Virus record (IMG/VR): IMGVR_UViG_3300008267_000148
Span: 830 to 64,829 of that record
Length of the DNA stretch: 64,000 nt
Direction: 5' to 3' (one strand)
Source: a virus
Taxonomy: Duplodnaviria > Caudoviricetes
Shown here: positions 36,822 to 45,771 of the stretch, piece after piece
How the letters are laid out: each line of letters begins with the position of its first letter
Position numbering within the stretch: position 1 is the stretch's first letter
The notes under the pieces: generated by a model
Database searches by the model: none
The model's input: the letters and a program-made list of their open reading frames with translations, nothing else
What the model was told of the DNA's origin: nothing
Program-made: the position numbers and the translations under genes

Positions 36822-37735
36822 TTACGGGTGAATTTAACGTGTTGTTTAACAAACATATCACCAACCCCATTATACCCTCGTCCCTTAACCCTTAAAGGTT
36901 TTGACGTATCAAAAAGATTTGGCATTGTGATTGAAATCGCACCGAGGGGATGTGGTACCTCAATGTGACTATTATCTAATTCTTCTTTGGTAAAGTACTG
37001 ATTATATATTAAATCATCACCCATCTTTTCAAAATTTTTCTCAGGTACAGTTTTAGGTCTAATAACCAAATTACCGTAGAACCCGTCGTGGTAATCACCT
37101 TTACCTTGTAATTTTAAAAATTGACCATCATCAATACCATGTGGTAATTTAATCTTAATAACTTCAGTTACTGGTTTGGTAGTTTGACCATGGCACCCAC
37201 CACAAGTTCTTGTATAAACAAACCCAGAACCTTTACAATTGTTACAAATTTGCCTAACAACTTGTTGGAACATGCTTCCACCTATCGTTTGGTTTCTAAA
37301 TCCTTGACCCGAACAAGAGCCACAGGTGGTTTTATCACCACCACCACCATTACATAAATCACACTTGTCATTTTTGGTGTAGGTAATAACTTTGTCCCCA
37401 CCTAAATAAGATTCAACAGCTCCAACCGTAACTTCAATAATTTTGTCAGGTACCGTTTTTCTTTTTTGATAGAACTGACTACCAAATAAATCTTCAAACG
37501 GATTAAAACCACCACCACCATTCATAAATGGGTTATTACGTTTATTATCGTATTGGGCTCGTTTTGTCTCATCCCCCAATGTGTCATATGCTTCAGATAT
37601 CTCTTTAAATCTATCTTCAGAACCACCTTTATCAGGGTGATGTTCAACCGCTAGTTTTCGGTATGCTTTCTTAATTTCAGCTTGTGTCGCCTTTTCATCA
37701 ACACCTAATACGTTATAAAAATTATTACTACTCAT
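36818..37735 (-). CDS. dnaJ: DnaJ chaperone
   Basis: J domain with HPD, four CxxCxGxG repeats, C-terminal substrate domain. Confidence 0.92.
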   Translation of the reverse strand: MSSNNFYNVLGVDEKATQAEIKKAYRKLAVEHHPDKGGSEDRFKEISEAYDTLGDETKRAQYDNKRNNPFMNGGGGFNPFEDLFGSQFYQKRKTVPDKIIEVTVGAVESYLGGDKVITYTKNDKCDLCNGGGGDKTTCGSCSGQGFRNQTIGGSMFQQVVRQICNNCKGSGFVYTRTCGGCHGQTTKPVTEVIKIKLPHGIDDGQFLKLQGKGDYHDGFYGNLVIRPKTVPEKNFEKMGDDLIYNQYFTKEELDNSHIEVPHPLGAISITMPNLFDTSKPLRVKGRGYNGVGDMFVKQHVKFTRN

Positions 37736-37780
37736 TTACTTATAATGATTTTAATCCAAATTTAATCTATATAATATTAT

Positions 37781-38428
37781 ATGGAATATAACTATCAAAT
37801 AGTTCTTTTTAAAAATAAAGTAAAAAAGAAATTAATCAATAAGTTTAAAACTCATAAAAAAGCATCTGAGTTTTACGATTCTCTACTGAAGGATAGTGAG
37901 GGGGTTATATTTGATATGGAATATGAGAATGGGGTTAAATCTAATTACGAATTAGCAATCGTTGAGCGTATGTCAGGTACCATGTTACCGGTGTTTCTGA
38001 AAGACGAATTAGGTAGAACTGTCAAGGTTAAACTTGAGGATGATGATTACACCATAACTAAAATACTGAAATATAAAATCGATGAAGTTTTTTTGGATTA
38101 TCAAACAAAAAAGAAGATTAATACCAAACAATTCATTAGAAGATATTTGTCAGGTGATGGGCTTAAAATGATATCTAAGTTGAATAATAAAGTTATCGTT
38201 CAGAACGACGATGTCTTTAATCTATTTACGTTCAAGAATAATTACGACTCGTCTAGATTTTTAGATTGTCTTTCTGAAAATTTCTTGAGTTCAAAAAGAA
38301 CGGATTGTGTTTTTGTTAAAGACTACTCTACTCAACAGAGGAAGTATCTTTATCAGTTACTTGTTGAGAAAGGTTTTCCAAAGTCGTATTTGATTCGCCA
38401 TTCAACGACTCATCCATCAAAAACATAA
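37781..38428 (+). CDS. hypothetical protein
   Basis: 215-aa ORF. Confidence 0.75.
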   Translation: MEYNYQIVLFKNKVKKKLINKFKTHKKASEFYDSLLKDSEGVIFDMEYENGVKSNYELAIVERMSGTMLPVFLKDELGRTVKVKLEDDDYTITKILKYKIDEVFLDYQTKKKINTKQFIRRYLSGDGLKMISKLNNKVIVQNDDVFNLFTFKNNYDSSRFLDCLSENFLSSKRTDCVFVKDYSTQQRKYLYQLLVEKGFPKSYLIRHSTTHPSKT

Positions 38429-38630
38429 ACTGAGTATTTGATATCTCAACCATAAATTGTTTGTGATGATGGTCAATACTTCTGAAATTATTTTGAACTT
38501 TTTTAAAGTCTTCAAGACCTAATTCAATCGCAATTGCAGTTTTAGATGTTGGGAATAGGGTGTCGATGCCATCGGCAATTAAAGCCAACTTTTCAATTAT
38601 CCCATCAATACTTTTTTTATTCTCTTCCAT
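38328..38630 (-). CDS. hypothetical protein
   Basis: 100-aa ORF; 3' end overlaps the convergent gene by 101 nt. Confidence 0.6.
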   Translation of the reverse strand: MEENKKSIDGIIEKLALIADGIDTLFPTSKTAIAIELGLEDFKKVQNNFRSIDHHHKQFMVEISNTQFMFLMDESLNGESNTTLENLSQQVTDKDTSSVE

Positions 38631-38782
38631 AGCGTTAATTTCTCTTGTTTTGGGACAATGTCCTCTTTCTTTAAACCTTTAATTTTTTTAATGAGTTCGT
38701 TTTTTTCTTTATCTAACTCAATCTTGTCCTTCATCAACTCCTTCTCGTACCAGTCTAGCATTCGGTTGGTGTTCTTCGTCAT
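38597..38782 (-). CDS. small coiled-coil protein
   Basis: 61-aa ORF ending LWKRIKKVLMG. Confidence 0.65.
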   Translation of the reverse strand: MTKNTNRMLDWYEKELMKDKIELDKEKNELIKKIKGLKKEDIVPKQEKLTLWKRIKKVLMG

Positions 38783-39167
38783 AATCTAATTGGATTTGTT
38801 GTTGTTTAATTTGGAATTCAAGTCCTTTAAGGTTTGTTAAATTTTGTTTTTCAAACAAAACCTTTAACTCATTCACTTTATCATTAAATAATCTTTCTTT
38901 CTCTTCCCTATCTAAATTGTATTTAATAATACTTTGAATATTTTTATATGTCGTTTCTACGTCTTCCTCGCTAATCTCAGACACAAACGAAATCATTCTT
39001 TCATTGGCAATCTTACTCTCTTGTTCAACTACTCTATCTTCTCTAACGAATTTTTTAGGTAATCTCCAAGTATTTGGGAATGAAATATCGAAACTTAAAA
39101 ATTCTTTAAGTTTTCTTACCGACTGAATGTACGGTAATAGTGTTGAAAATTCTCTATATAAACTCAT
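38718..39167 (-). CDS. hypothetical protein
   Basis: 149-aa ORF. Confidence 0.75.
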   Translation of the reverse strand: MSLYREFSTLLPYIQSVRKLKEFLSFDISFPNTWRLPKKFVREDRVVEQESKIANERMISFVSEISEEDVETTYKNIQSIIKYNLDREEKERLFNDKVNELKVLFEKQNLTNLKGLEFQIKQQQIQLDYDEEHQPNARLVREGVDEGQD

Positions 39168-39168
39168 G

Positions 39169-39357
39169 TTATGATTTAATTAAGTATGTTAAAATGTATG
39201 AAAAAGAAACGCCAAAATAAATAAGTTCCCTCCCATTAAGTATTAACTTAGTAGGAGGGTTTTGTAGTAGGGCACCTATAAACCTAGCGATTGTTCTTAC
39301 AACAATCATCGATGAAAAAATGAATAGAAATAAAAATAATGATTCTAAACTAAACAT
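39169..39357 (-). CDS. small two-TM membrane protein
   Basis: two hydrophobic helices. Confidence 0.65.
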   Translation of the reverse strand: MFSLESLFLFLFIFSSMIVVRTIARFIGALLQNPPTKLILNGRELIYFGVSFSYILTYLIKS

Positions 39358-39358
39358 A

Positions 39359-39535
39359 TTAGTTTTCAGTTTTTTTATGTTCTAAGATTTCACCTCTAAG
39401 AGCTTGCAATAAAGCTTTCAATTCCTGAGCGGTTTTTCTAGCACGTGTACCAGCACTCTTGTTACCTTTGAAGAATTTTGTAGCATCTACTGACAACTCT
39501 TCGGTCATTGTTTTGATTTTTTCTAAAGTTTCCAT
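39359..39535 (-). CDS. histone H1-like (Hc1 family) DNA-binding protein, 58 aa, missing from the ORF track
   Basis: METLEKIK...KFFKGNKSAGTRARKTAQELK; GNK.AGTRARK is the Hc1-family core. Confidence 0.85.
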   Translation of the reverse strand: METLEKIKTMTEELSVDATKFFKGNKSAGTRARKTAQELKALLQALRGEILEHKKTEN

Positions 39536-39619
39536 TTTAATAAAATATACTTTGGTTAATTTATTTTTCTACTATATGATAAATTTTTTATTCGTATAGT
39601 AAACACTATGAAGGTTTTT

Positions 39620-40087
39620 TTATTTTTTCAACCCTCTATCAAGATGTTTATAAATTGTTGAAATCATATCCAAATCTGATTTTGTGAATGGTTTTTTTGT
39701 GTCAAATAGGTCGTTGAAGAATCCTGATATTGATTGTTTAACTTTATCTTCACTCTGATTATAGAAAATATCCTTAAAAAAAGCTTCGAAGTAATCATAG
39801 TGTTCTCCCTTACTATTAAACGTAATACTTTCTTTTTTGTAGTTATCAATAACTTTGTTCCAACACCATTCAAAGTGTTTTTCGTTATCATCATCAGACA
39901 TAACAATCTTAGTCTCATTCGGTGCGACCTCATCACCCAAATAAGTTTCAACAATCAATAAATTAAGTGAATGTGAAAAGTCTGAAAACAACTCAAGTTT
40001 TTCAGGTATAATATTATTAGCCCTAAACCATATATCAACATCCTCAGGATTTAATGGTTTGGTTATATAATTAAAAAAATTCTCCAT
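39620..40087 (-). CDS. hypothetical protein
   Basis: 155-aa ORF. Confidence 0.75.
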   Translation of the reverse strand: MENFFNYITKPLNPEDVDIWFRANNIIPEKLELFSDFSHSLNLLIVETYLGDEVAPNETKIVMSDDDNEKHFEWCWNKVIDNYKKESITFNSKGEHYDYFEAFFKDIFYNQSEDKVKQSISGFFNDLFDTKKPFTKSDLDMISTIYKHLDRGLKK

Positions 40088-40134
40088 AGATTTGGTCTAT
40101 GGAGAAATTATAAACGATAATATTTTATTGTAAA

Positions 40135-41796
40135 TTATTGTGTCTTTTGAGTGTAACCCATTAACGATTTCATTCTACCAAACTCCTCGTTAATTTTTTG
40201 TTTTTGTTTTTCATCAATAGACTCAAGTTTAGCCATGATTTTATCACCATCACCTTCACCTGCAGTATCATTTACAACTGGTTGAGGTGATTTATTGTAA
40301 GCCTTTCTTTTAATCTTAGCCAACATGTTATCTTTTCTGATTTTATTTCTTTTTTTGTTAACATCAGACTCACCAGTGTTAGCCCATTCAGGGTTGTTAC
40401 CTGTCTTAGATGAACCTTCAATGTTAGAACTAACCCAATCCTCATTAGGTTTGATTTCATCATAGTCAAGGTTCTCTAAAGCCGCCGCAGTGAAGTTGTC
40501 AACATACTCTTCAACAGCACCTGATGGTATGTAAGCTTTTTTATTCATTTTTTCAATCTCACCATTTCCTTTAGGAAACATTTTAGGGTTAGTTTCGTAC
40601 TCACCTTTAGAACCGTCTTTTAAATAATCTTTCATTTTTTGTGCCACTGACTTCAAATAATCACTATTCTCTTTACCGTCTTTATCATGTACTTGTTTAT
40701 ATTTTTCAAGACCTTTAGTAGTACCAACCTTTATGTTACTTTTAACTTCTTTTTCTTCTCTAACAATTTTTTCAATTAAATCAATCATTTCAGATTCAGT
40801 TAATTTAACAGATTTTTTCTTTTTGTGGTCAGCACCTTTAAAACCTTTAATGTTCTTAGCAAAGTTCGCCATTTTAACAACGTCAGGATTATCTGATTTC
40901 ATCGCTTTGTCAACACATTCTTTGGTTACTTCACCATCCTCAGATGCTAAACCATTTCTCTTACACCAAGAACCAAATTTACCTTCAGTTCCTTTCTTTT
41001 CCATTTTATTAGTTGCTTTTTGAATGAATTTTTCATCTTTAGATTCTTTGGTAACTCTAAATTCTTTACCATCAACTTCAAATTCATCATCACCACCTGC
41101 CTTCGCCTTTGCTAAAGCACCTGTGAACGCATTACCTTCTTTTTCTTCACGCTTTCTTAACATTTTAAAGTCTTCAGAGTCAATCTTACCATTATGGTTT
41201 TTATCTAATTTTTTCTGACCACCGTGTAACTTCTCATTCATTGAGAACTTGTATTTGTCAAGACCCATTTTGTCTGTTCCACAGAATTTTCTAGTTCTAT
41301 CGTCCTCAGGTCCAAAGTTATCCATATGATATTTACAAGACTCTTCGTCTTCAACTTCCTCCTCATCCTCAAACTCAACATCCTCTTCTTCCGCAACATA
41401 ATCAAACGGTGAACCAGCAGGATTAAATTTAGTTGACATATATAAGTTTTGTTTTGTTCCACACTCACATGTTTCACCTTCTTCATACATCTCACCTTCC
41501 ATAGCCATGGGTTTACCACATTGTTCACACATTTCACCGTCACCTTCTTCTAGTTCATCGATGTCATAATCGTCACCAAAGTAATCTTCATCATCATCTT
41601 CGTATGACATATCAGAAGACATTAAATCTTCAATATCATCATCGGACATCTTTGAAAGGTTTAATTTACCGAATTTAGGGTGACCGTCGTCCATTCCACC
41701 TAATTCGTTTAATTTAGTTGCAATACCGTTGGCTTTGTCCTCTAAAGTCTCGGTGATTACTTTAGAGATTATACTATCTAAATTATTTTTTCTCAT
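40135..41796 (-). CDS. large charged late protein, putative head core/scaffold-type, with EF-hand-like loop
   Basis: multiple I/L-x-E sites, LDKNHNGKIDSEDF, internal KKSVKLTESEMIDLIEKIVREE; TATTTAT at 41811-41817. Confidence 0.65.
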   Translation of the reverse strand: MRKNNLDSIISKVITETLEDKANGIATKLNELGGMDDGHPKFGKLNLSKMSDDDIEDLMSSDMSYEDDDEDYFGDDYDIDELEEGDGEMCEQCGKPMAMEGEMYEEGETCECGTKQNLYMSTKFNPAGSPFDYVAEEEDVEFEDEEEVEDEESCKYHMDNFGPEDDRTRKFCGTDKMGLDKYKFSMNEKLHGGQKKLDKNHNGKIDSEDFKMLRKREEKEGNAFTGALAKAKAGGDDEFEVDGKEFRVTKESKDEKFIQKATNKMEKKGTEGKFGSWCKRNGLASEDGEVTKECVDKAMKSDNPDVVKMANFAKNIKGFKGADHKKKKSVKLTESEMIDLIEKIVREEKEVKSNIKVGTTKGLEKYKQVHDKDGKENSDYLKSVAQKMKDYLKDGSKGEYETNPKMFPKGNGEIEKMNKKAYIPSGAVEEYVDNFTAAALENLDYDEIKPNEDWVSSNIEGSSKTGNNPEWANTGESDVNKKRNKIRKDNMLAKIKRKAYNKSPQPVVNDTAGEGDGDKIMAKLESIDEKQKQKINEEFGRMKSLMGYTQKTQ

Positions 41797-41832
41797 CTTA
41801 ATTTTTTATTATAAATATCTAAACTTTTTGGT

Positions 41833-42720
41833 TTATTTATCCTTAAATGAATTTTCGTACTCATAAGCAATGATAGCCTTGATGACGTTTTCACTGATGT
41901 TATGTTTTTCACTTACGTTAGTAATCGCCTTCTGAACTGATTTGTTTTCGAAAATCTTAAGAGCTTTTATATCTCCTTGATTACAGTATGGGAATTTTTT
42001 ACATTTCTTTTTAACTTGGACAAATTTACCACCAGGTATTTGTGTTTTAGCAGCACCTCTCCAATCTTTCTTATCCATCGATTTAGACCAAGCTGCGGTT
42101 GTTTCATACGAACCTGATGACGCAGAATCTGCGGCTTCGTTAGCCTCAACTTTTTGTCTACCCTGACAATGTGCCTTTTGACTAAATCCTTTAGGGTTAT
42201 TACAATCAATACTTTTTTTGTATTTTTCAGACCACTTTTCGTCTACGTGTTTTTTAAAAGCGTCTTGCTTATGACCACCAACCTCATACTCAAACTTACC
42301 AGAACCTTTAGGACCTGTTTCATTTTCACTTACAAAACCACCTTTAACTTTTTTCTTTGGTTGTTCGTCTTTGAACATACTATCCATTCTTTTTGGTTCA
42401 CTAAATAAACCAGTCACAAAACTTCCACCCGCACCAGAGGCGGTCGCTTCAGTAGTTTCACCTTCTTCACCCATAATAGGTAACATCATATTAAGTTTTC
42501 CAATTGGTTTTTTCATTTTAACTTTACCAACATTCTTTTTGATTGGTGACTTTTGGATTTTTCTTTTAATGATTTCCTCCTCTTCATTTTGAGGTATTGC
42601 ACCCATCATATCGTTAACAGCATTAATCGCGTCAGTTCCTTGGAGTAAATTCATTTTACTTACTTCGTTAGCAAACGTTCCTTTTAAATCTGAACCAATA
42701 CCTTCTTTAACTTTTCTCAT
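41833..42720 (-). CDS. putative virion-associated low-complexity protein
   Basis: KWSEKYKKSIDCNNPKGFSQKAHC and CKKFPYCNQG mini-domains. Confidence 0.7.
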   Translation of the reverse strand: MRKVKEGIGSDLKGTFANEVSKMNLLQGTDAINAVNDMMGAIPQNEEEEIIKRKIQKSPIKKNVGKVKMKKPIGKLNMMLPIMGEEGETTEATASGAGGSFVTGLFSEPKRMDSMFKDEQPKKKVKGGFVSENETGPKGSGKFEYEVGGHKQDAFKKHVDEKWSEKYKKSIDCNNPKGFSQKAHCQGRQKVEANEAADSASSGSYETTAAWSKSMDKKDWRGAAKTQIPGGKFVQVKKKCKKFPYCNQGDIKALKIFENKSVQKAITNVSEKHNISENVIKAIIAYEYENSFKDK

Positions 42721-42721
42721 C

Positions 42722-43138
42722 TTAGTTAGTTATTAATAAATATGATGTGGTTAATACACCAACAACAGAAATTACTTTATAGATAATACCCTCAAATTTG
42801 TATCTTTTAATTTCTTTTTGTAATTCCTTGTTTAAGTCAGTTGACACTTTAAGTTGTTCTTGTTGTTTTCCAATAATAATTTGGTTATTACTATCTTTTT
42901 GAGTTAATAGACTAATTGTCGTATCTTTTAAAATTTCTCTTTGTTGGGTCATCAACAATTTATCTTGAGTTAACTTTAACTCTTGTACACACCCATCATA
43001 CTTTACAAGGTCTTTAGCAATCTGTTTCGCAACCTCTTGGCTGATTACAACCTTAGTGGTGTCTTTACTGATACCTGTCTGTGAAAAACAACTCAAGCTC
43101 GTTAGGGCGAAGAGTGTCAATACTATTAACTTTTTCAT
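42722..43138 (-). CDS. putative spanin-like envelope protein
   Basis: signal peptide with Cys (LSC), coiled coil, C-terminal TM; overlaps the upstream gene by 74 nt. Confidence 0.5.
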   Translation of the reverse strand: MKKLIVLTLFALTSLSCFSQTGISKDTTKVVISQEVAKQIAKDLVKYDGCVQELKLTQDKLLMTQQREILKDTTISLLTQKDSNNQIIIGKQQEQLKVSTDLNKELQKEIKRYKFEGIIYKVISVVGVLTTSYLLITN

Positions 43139-43418
43139 TCGTGTTATTTTTTACTATTTTAATATTTTTATCAACCACTTCAATTTGTTCTGTAACCTTT
43201 CCTATTTCTTCTTTAGTTTGACTTATTTTTAAATCAATCTTTTCATTTTCACTGTGTACAGAATCAATCTCAGTTTGTAATTTTTCAATTTTTTCCTCAT
43301 AAGATTTAACGTCAGTCTTAATTGACTTCGTATTAAAAATATTTAATACAATTAACCCTATTATGATACTAAAGAGGATAATATCTTTATATTTTGTTAA
43401 AAAATTAACCATTTTCAC
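43065..43418 (-). CDS. putative inner-membrane spanin-like protein
   Basis: N-terminal TM followed by a long coiled coil. Confidence 0.5.
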   Translation of the reverse strand: MKMVNFLTKYKDIILFSIIIGLIVLNIFNTKSIKTDVKSYEEKIEKLQTEIDSVHSENEKIDLKISQTKEEIGKVTEQIEVVDKNIKIVKNNTNEKVNSIDTLRPNELELFFTDRYQ

Positions 43419-44013
43419 TAGTTTTCTTTCTTGATGCCAATATCTTAGACCATTTAGATTTAAACTTCTCGTAGTATGTTTTTAATTTTTCAATTAATGT
43501 TAAAAACTCTTCATCGGTTTTAATCATTTCACCGTTAATGTAAATACCATTTTCCTCACCAATCGAAAAGAAAAACTCTAAATCAAATTCAATCAATTTA
43601 CCTGACCACTCAACATTGTTAGGGTATACATTTAACTTATTGAAGTCTACCAAATCAGACACTTCTTCAACAAACTCGTCCATAGTCTCTTGGAAAGCGG
43701 TTTTCTCATCAGTTGTTAAATCTAAATCGGTTTTATCTTTACCATGTAAAACTAAGATTCCACCTGAGATTCTATAACCCTGTTGTTTGTCTTGTTTAGG
43801 GTCAACATCGTCCTCAATTTTATCTTCAACCGATTGAGCAACGTCATATTTTTTAGTTACGTTGTCATCAGTTAAATCAACACCTTGTTCGGTTAATAAA
43901 CCATAACGGCTACGAATGTGTGAGATATCTTCACTCAATCTTTCATTAGTCAATAAACTTCTAGAAGCTTTTAGTAACTTCTTTATTTCATCGTGTTTGT
44001 TATTCATTTTCAA
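43405..44013 (-). CDS. hypothetical protein
   Basis: 202-aa ORF within operon. Confidence 0.75.
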   Translation of the reverse strand: MKMNNKHDEIKKLLKASRSLLTNERLSEDISHIRSRYGLLTEQGVDLTDDNVTKKYDVAQSVEDKIEDDVDPKQDKQQGYRISGGILVLHGKDKTDLDLTTDEKTAFQETMDEFVEEVSDLVDFNKLNVYPNNVEWSGKLIEFDLEFFFSIGEENGIYINGEMIKTDEEFLTLIEKLKTYYEKFKSKWSKILASRKKTSENG

Positions 44014-44596
44014 TTCTTTTTAAAAATTCTTCAAAGTTAAACGAGGGGTTGACATCAGTAAATGATGTATCAAAGTTACTTCTGGTGACAACTCCTTCGT
44101 ATTTTTCAATACCATTTATTTTTGTATTGTGTCCAATAACCTTTGGGTTGATTTTCATCTCATTAAACAACTCTTTACAAATATTAACAACTGAATTTAG
44201 TTGTTCTTCAGTGTAAGGTTGCCAAAAAAAGTAATCTCTCCACTTTTTTTCGTACACTTTACCTTTATAAATATCACCAATCCAGTTAACGTAATAATCA
44301 CGTAGCTGTTCTTTTTGTAACCACCCTAAATTTTCTAAAGATATTATAATTGAATTTCGATTAACATTCGGTTCTGAGAAATAATCTGAATGTTCTACAT
44401 TCCCAAGGAGTTGTAAGACCTTACCTTCTCGGGTAACCAAATAATTTGGGATTCTTTTGAAATTACCGTTGTATCGGTATTTTAATGAATTGATATAATC
44501 GGTTGCGTTTCTTGATGTGTGAACCAAAATTATTTGGTTTTTCTTTTTCTGTTTACCAGTTGGCTTGAATTCGCCGTATTTTATAACGTCAACCAT
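44000..44596 (-). CDS. N-acetylmuramoyl-L-alanine amidase-like (Amidase_2) protein
   Basis: IILVHT, NYLVTREGKVLQL, NRNSIIISLEN, YTEEQL, IGH; last Zn ligand not obvious. Confidence 0.75.
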   Translation of the reverse strand: MVDVIKYGEFKPTGKQKKKNQIILVHTSRNATDYINSLKYRYNGNFKRIPNYLVTREGKVLQLLGNVEHSDYFSEPNVNRNSIIISLENLGWLQKEQLRDYYVNWIGDIYKGKVYEKKWRDYFFWQPYTEEQLNSVVNICKELFNEMKINPKVIGHNTKINGIEKYEGVVTRSNFDTSFTDVNPSFNFEEFLKRIENE

Positions 44597-44627
44597 TATT
44601 CCATAAGTAACTATTTTATCGGGTTAG

Positions 44628-45407
44628 TTATTTAGTATAACTTAATCTTCTTACCTCGTCATCAGTTGTTGTTGTAGTTGTTATTTCCTCAGTATCTACG
44701 TTTCGACCTTCTTCGTCATAAACTTCACCTACTTCATTAATAAAATATTTGACAGGTACCTCTTTAATAACTTCTACAGGGACTTCAACAATTTTTTCAA
44801 CTTCTTTAATTACCTCAACAGGAACTTCAACAATTTTTTCAACTTCTTTAATTACCTCAACAGGAACTTCAACAATTTTTTCAACTTCCTTAATTACCTC
44901 AACAGGAACTTCAACAATTTCTTTTTCACCCACATTCTCATATTCGTTTTCAGTGTATTTCACAAAGAAATGTAACGACGTTAATGAAATAACCGGTAGT
45001 AATCCACCTTCAAGAAATGCTAACCATCTTTTAATTGATACAATATCATTAATATCAGACCCAAAACTTTCCCATACAGGCCCTGTTAATTCCACCCATG
45101 ACTTGAATAATTCGCTATTCGCATCAATTTCTTTGTATGAAAAGAATATATTACCAATCATTTGGACAAAAGTGACTAATCCAAACATAAACCACACCCC
45201 ACCTTTAATCTTATTAGTGGCCGCAATAAGAGCAGTCATCGCACCCACCTCAATAGCTATTGATAAGTAAATTGCCCATGACAATGGGTTTGATAGGTCA
45301 TACCACGATACTACGTGAGATATAGAGATGCCCGCAACCAACAAAATAGGTACTAAAAACATAGACCTAATTGGGTTGCTCTTAATCCAATTCCAAATTA
45401 ACTTCAT
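44628..45407 (-). CDS. multi-TM membrane protein with EKIVEVPVEVIKEV repeats
   Basis: four TM helices followed by tandem 14-aa repeats. Confidence 0.75.
   Translation of the reverse strand: MKLIWNWIKSNPIRSMFLVPILLVAGISISHVVSWYDLSNPLSWAIYLSIAIEVGAMTALIAATNKIKGGVWFMFGLVTFVQMIGNIFFSYKEIDANSELFKSWVELTGPVWESFGSDINDIVSIKRWLAFLEGGLLPVISLTSLHFFVKYTENEYENVGEKEIVEVPVEVIKEVEKIVEVPVEVIKEVEKIVEVPVEVIKEVEKIVEVPVEVIKEVPVKYFINEVGEVYDEEGRNVDTEEITTTTTTDDEVRRLSYTK
44752..44920. repeat. 42-nt coding tandem repeat (~4 copies)
   Basis: unit acttcaacaattttttcaacttctttaattacctcaacagga. Confidence 0.9.
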
Positions 45408-45409
45408 TA

Positions 45410-45706
45410 TTATTTACCAAGCTTAGATAGTTCGTTATCAATTTCAGTCTGTCTATTAACATCCATCATTTTTCTATCTGTTGATTGAATCATTCTTTTC
45501 TCTGATTTCAACCCTTCAATTTTTATTTCTTTTCTTAACTCAATTTCTAATGAGTCAATTTTTTTATTAGTTACTTCGATATTATCCTGAACCTTACCGA
45601 TTCTACCGTTAGTTGAGCAAGTCTTTAAGAAGACAACTAATACCAATAATGTGGTGATTCTTACACCCCATTTATCTAAAAAATTTAAAATACTTTTCAT
45701 AGTCAA
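45410..45706 (-). CDS. membrane-anchored coiled-coil protein
   Basis: N-terminal TM ending LKTC, coiled coil. Confidence 0.7.
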   Translation of the reverse strand: MTMKSILNFLDKWGVRITTLLVLVVFLKTCSTNGRIGKVQDNIEVTNKKIDSLEIELRKEIKIEGLKSEKRMIQSTDRKMMDVNRQTEIDNELSKLGK

Positions 45707-45730
45707 TTATTTAATATAGTATAAAAGTAA

Positions 45731-45763
45731 AAAACCTTCTATCATAATAAATAGAAGGTTTTT
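45731..45763. terminator. intrinsic terminator
   Basis: aaaaccttctat...atagaaggtttt inverted repeat. Confidence 0.75.
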
Positions 45764-45771
45764 AAAAAATA

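Noticed and set aside
40080-40107. Inverted repeat ttctccataga...tctatggagaa spanning the start codon of 39620..40087
   Set aside because: Most simply the terminator of the upstream late gene; a translational-control role cannot be supported from sequence alone
44752-44920. Regular 42-nt repeat as a possible CRISPR array
   Set aside because: Tandem units with no unique spacers; in-frame coding repeat
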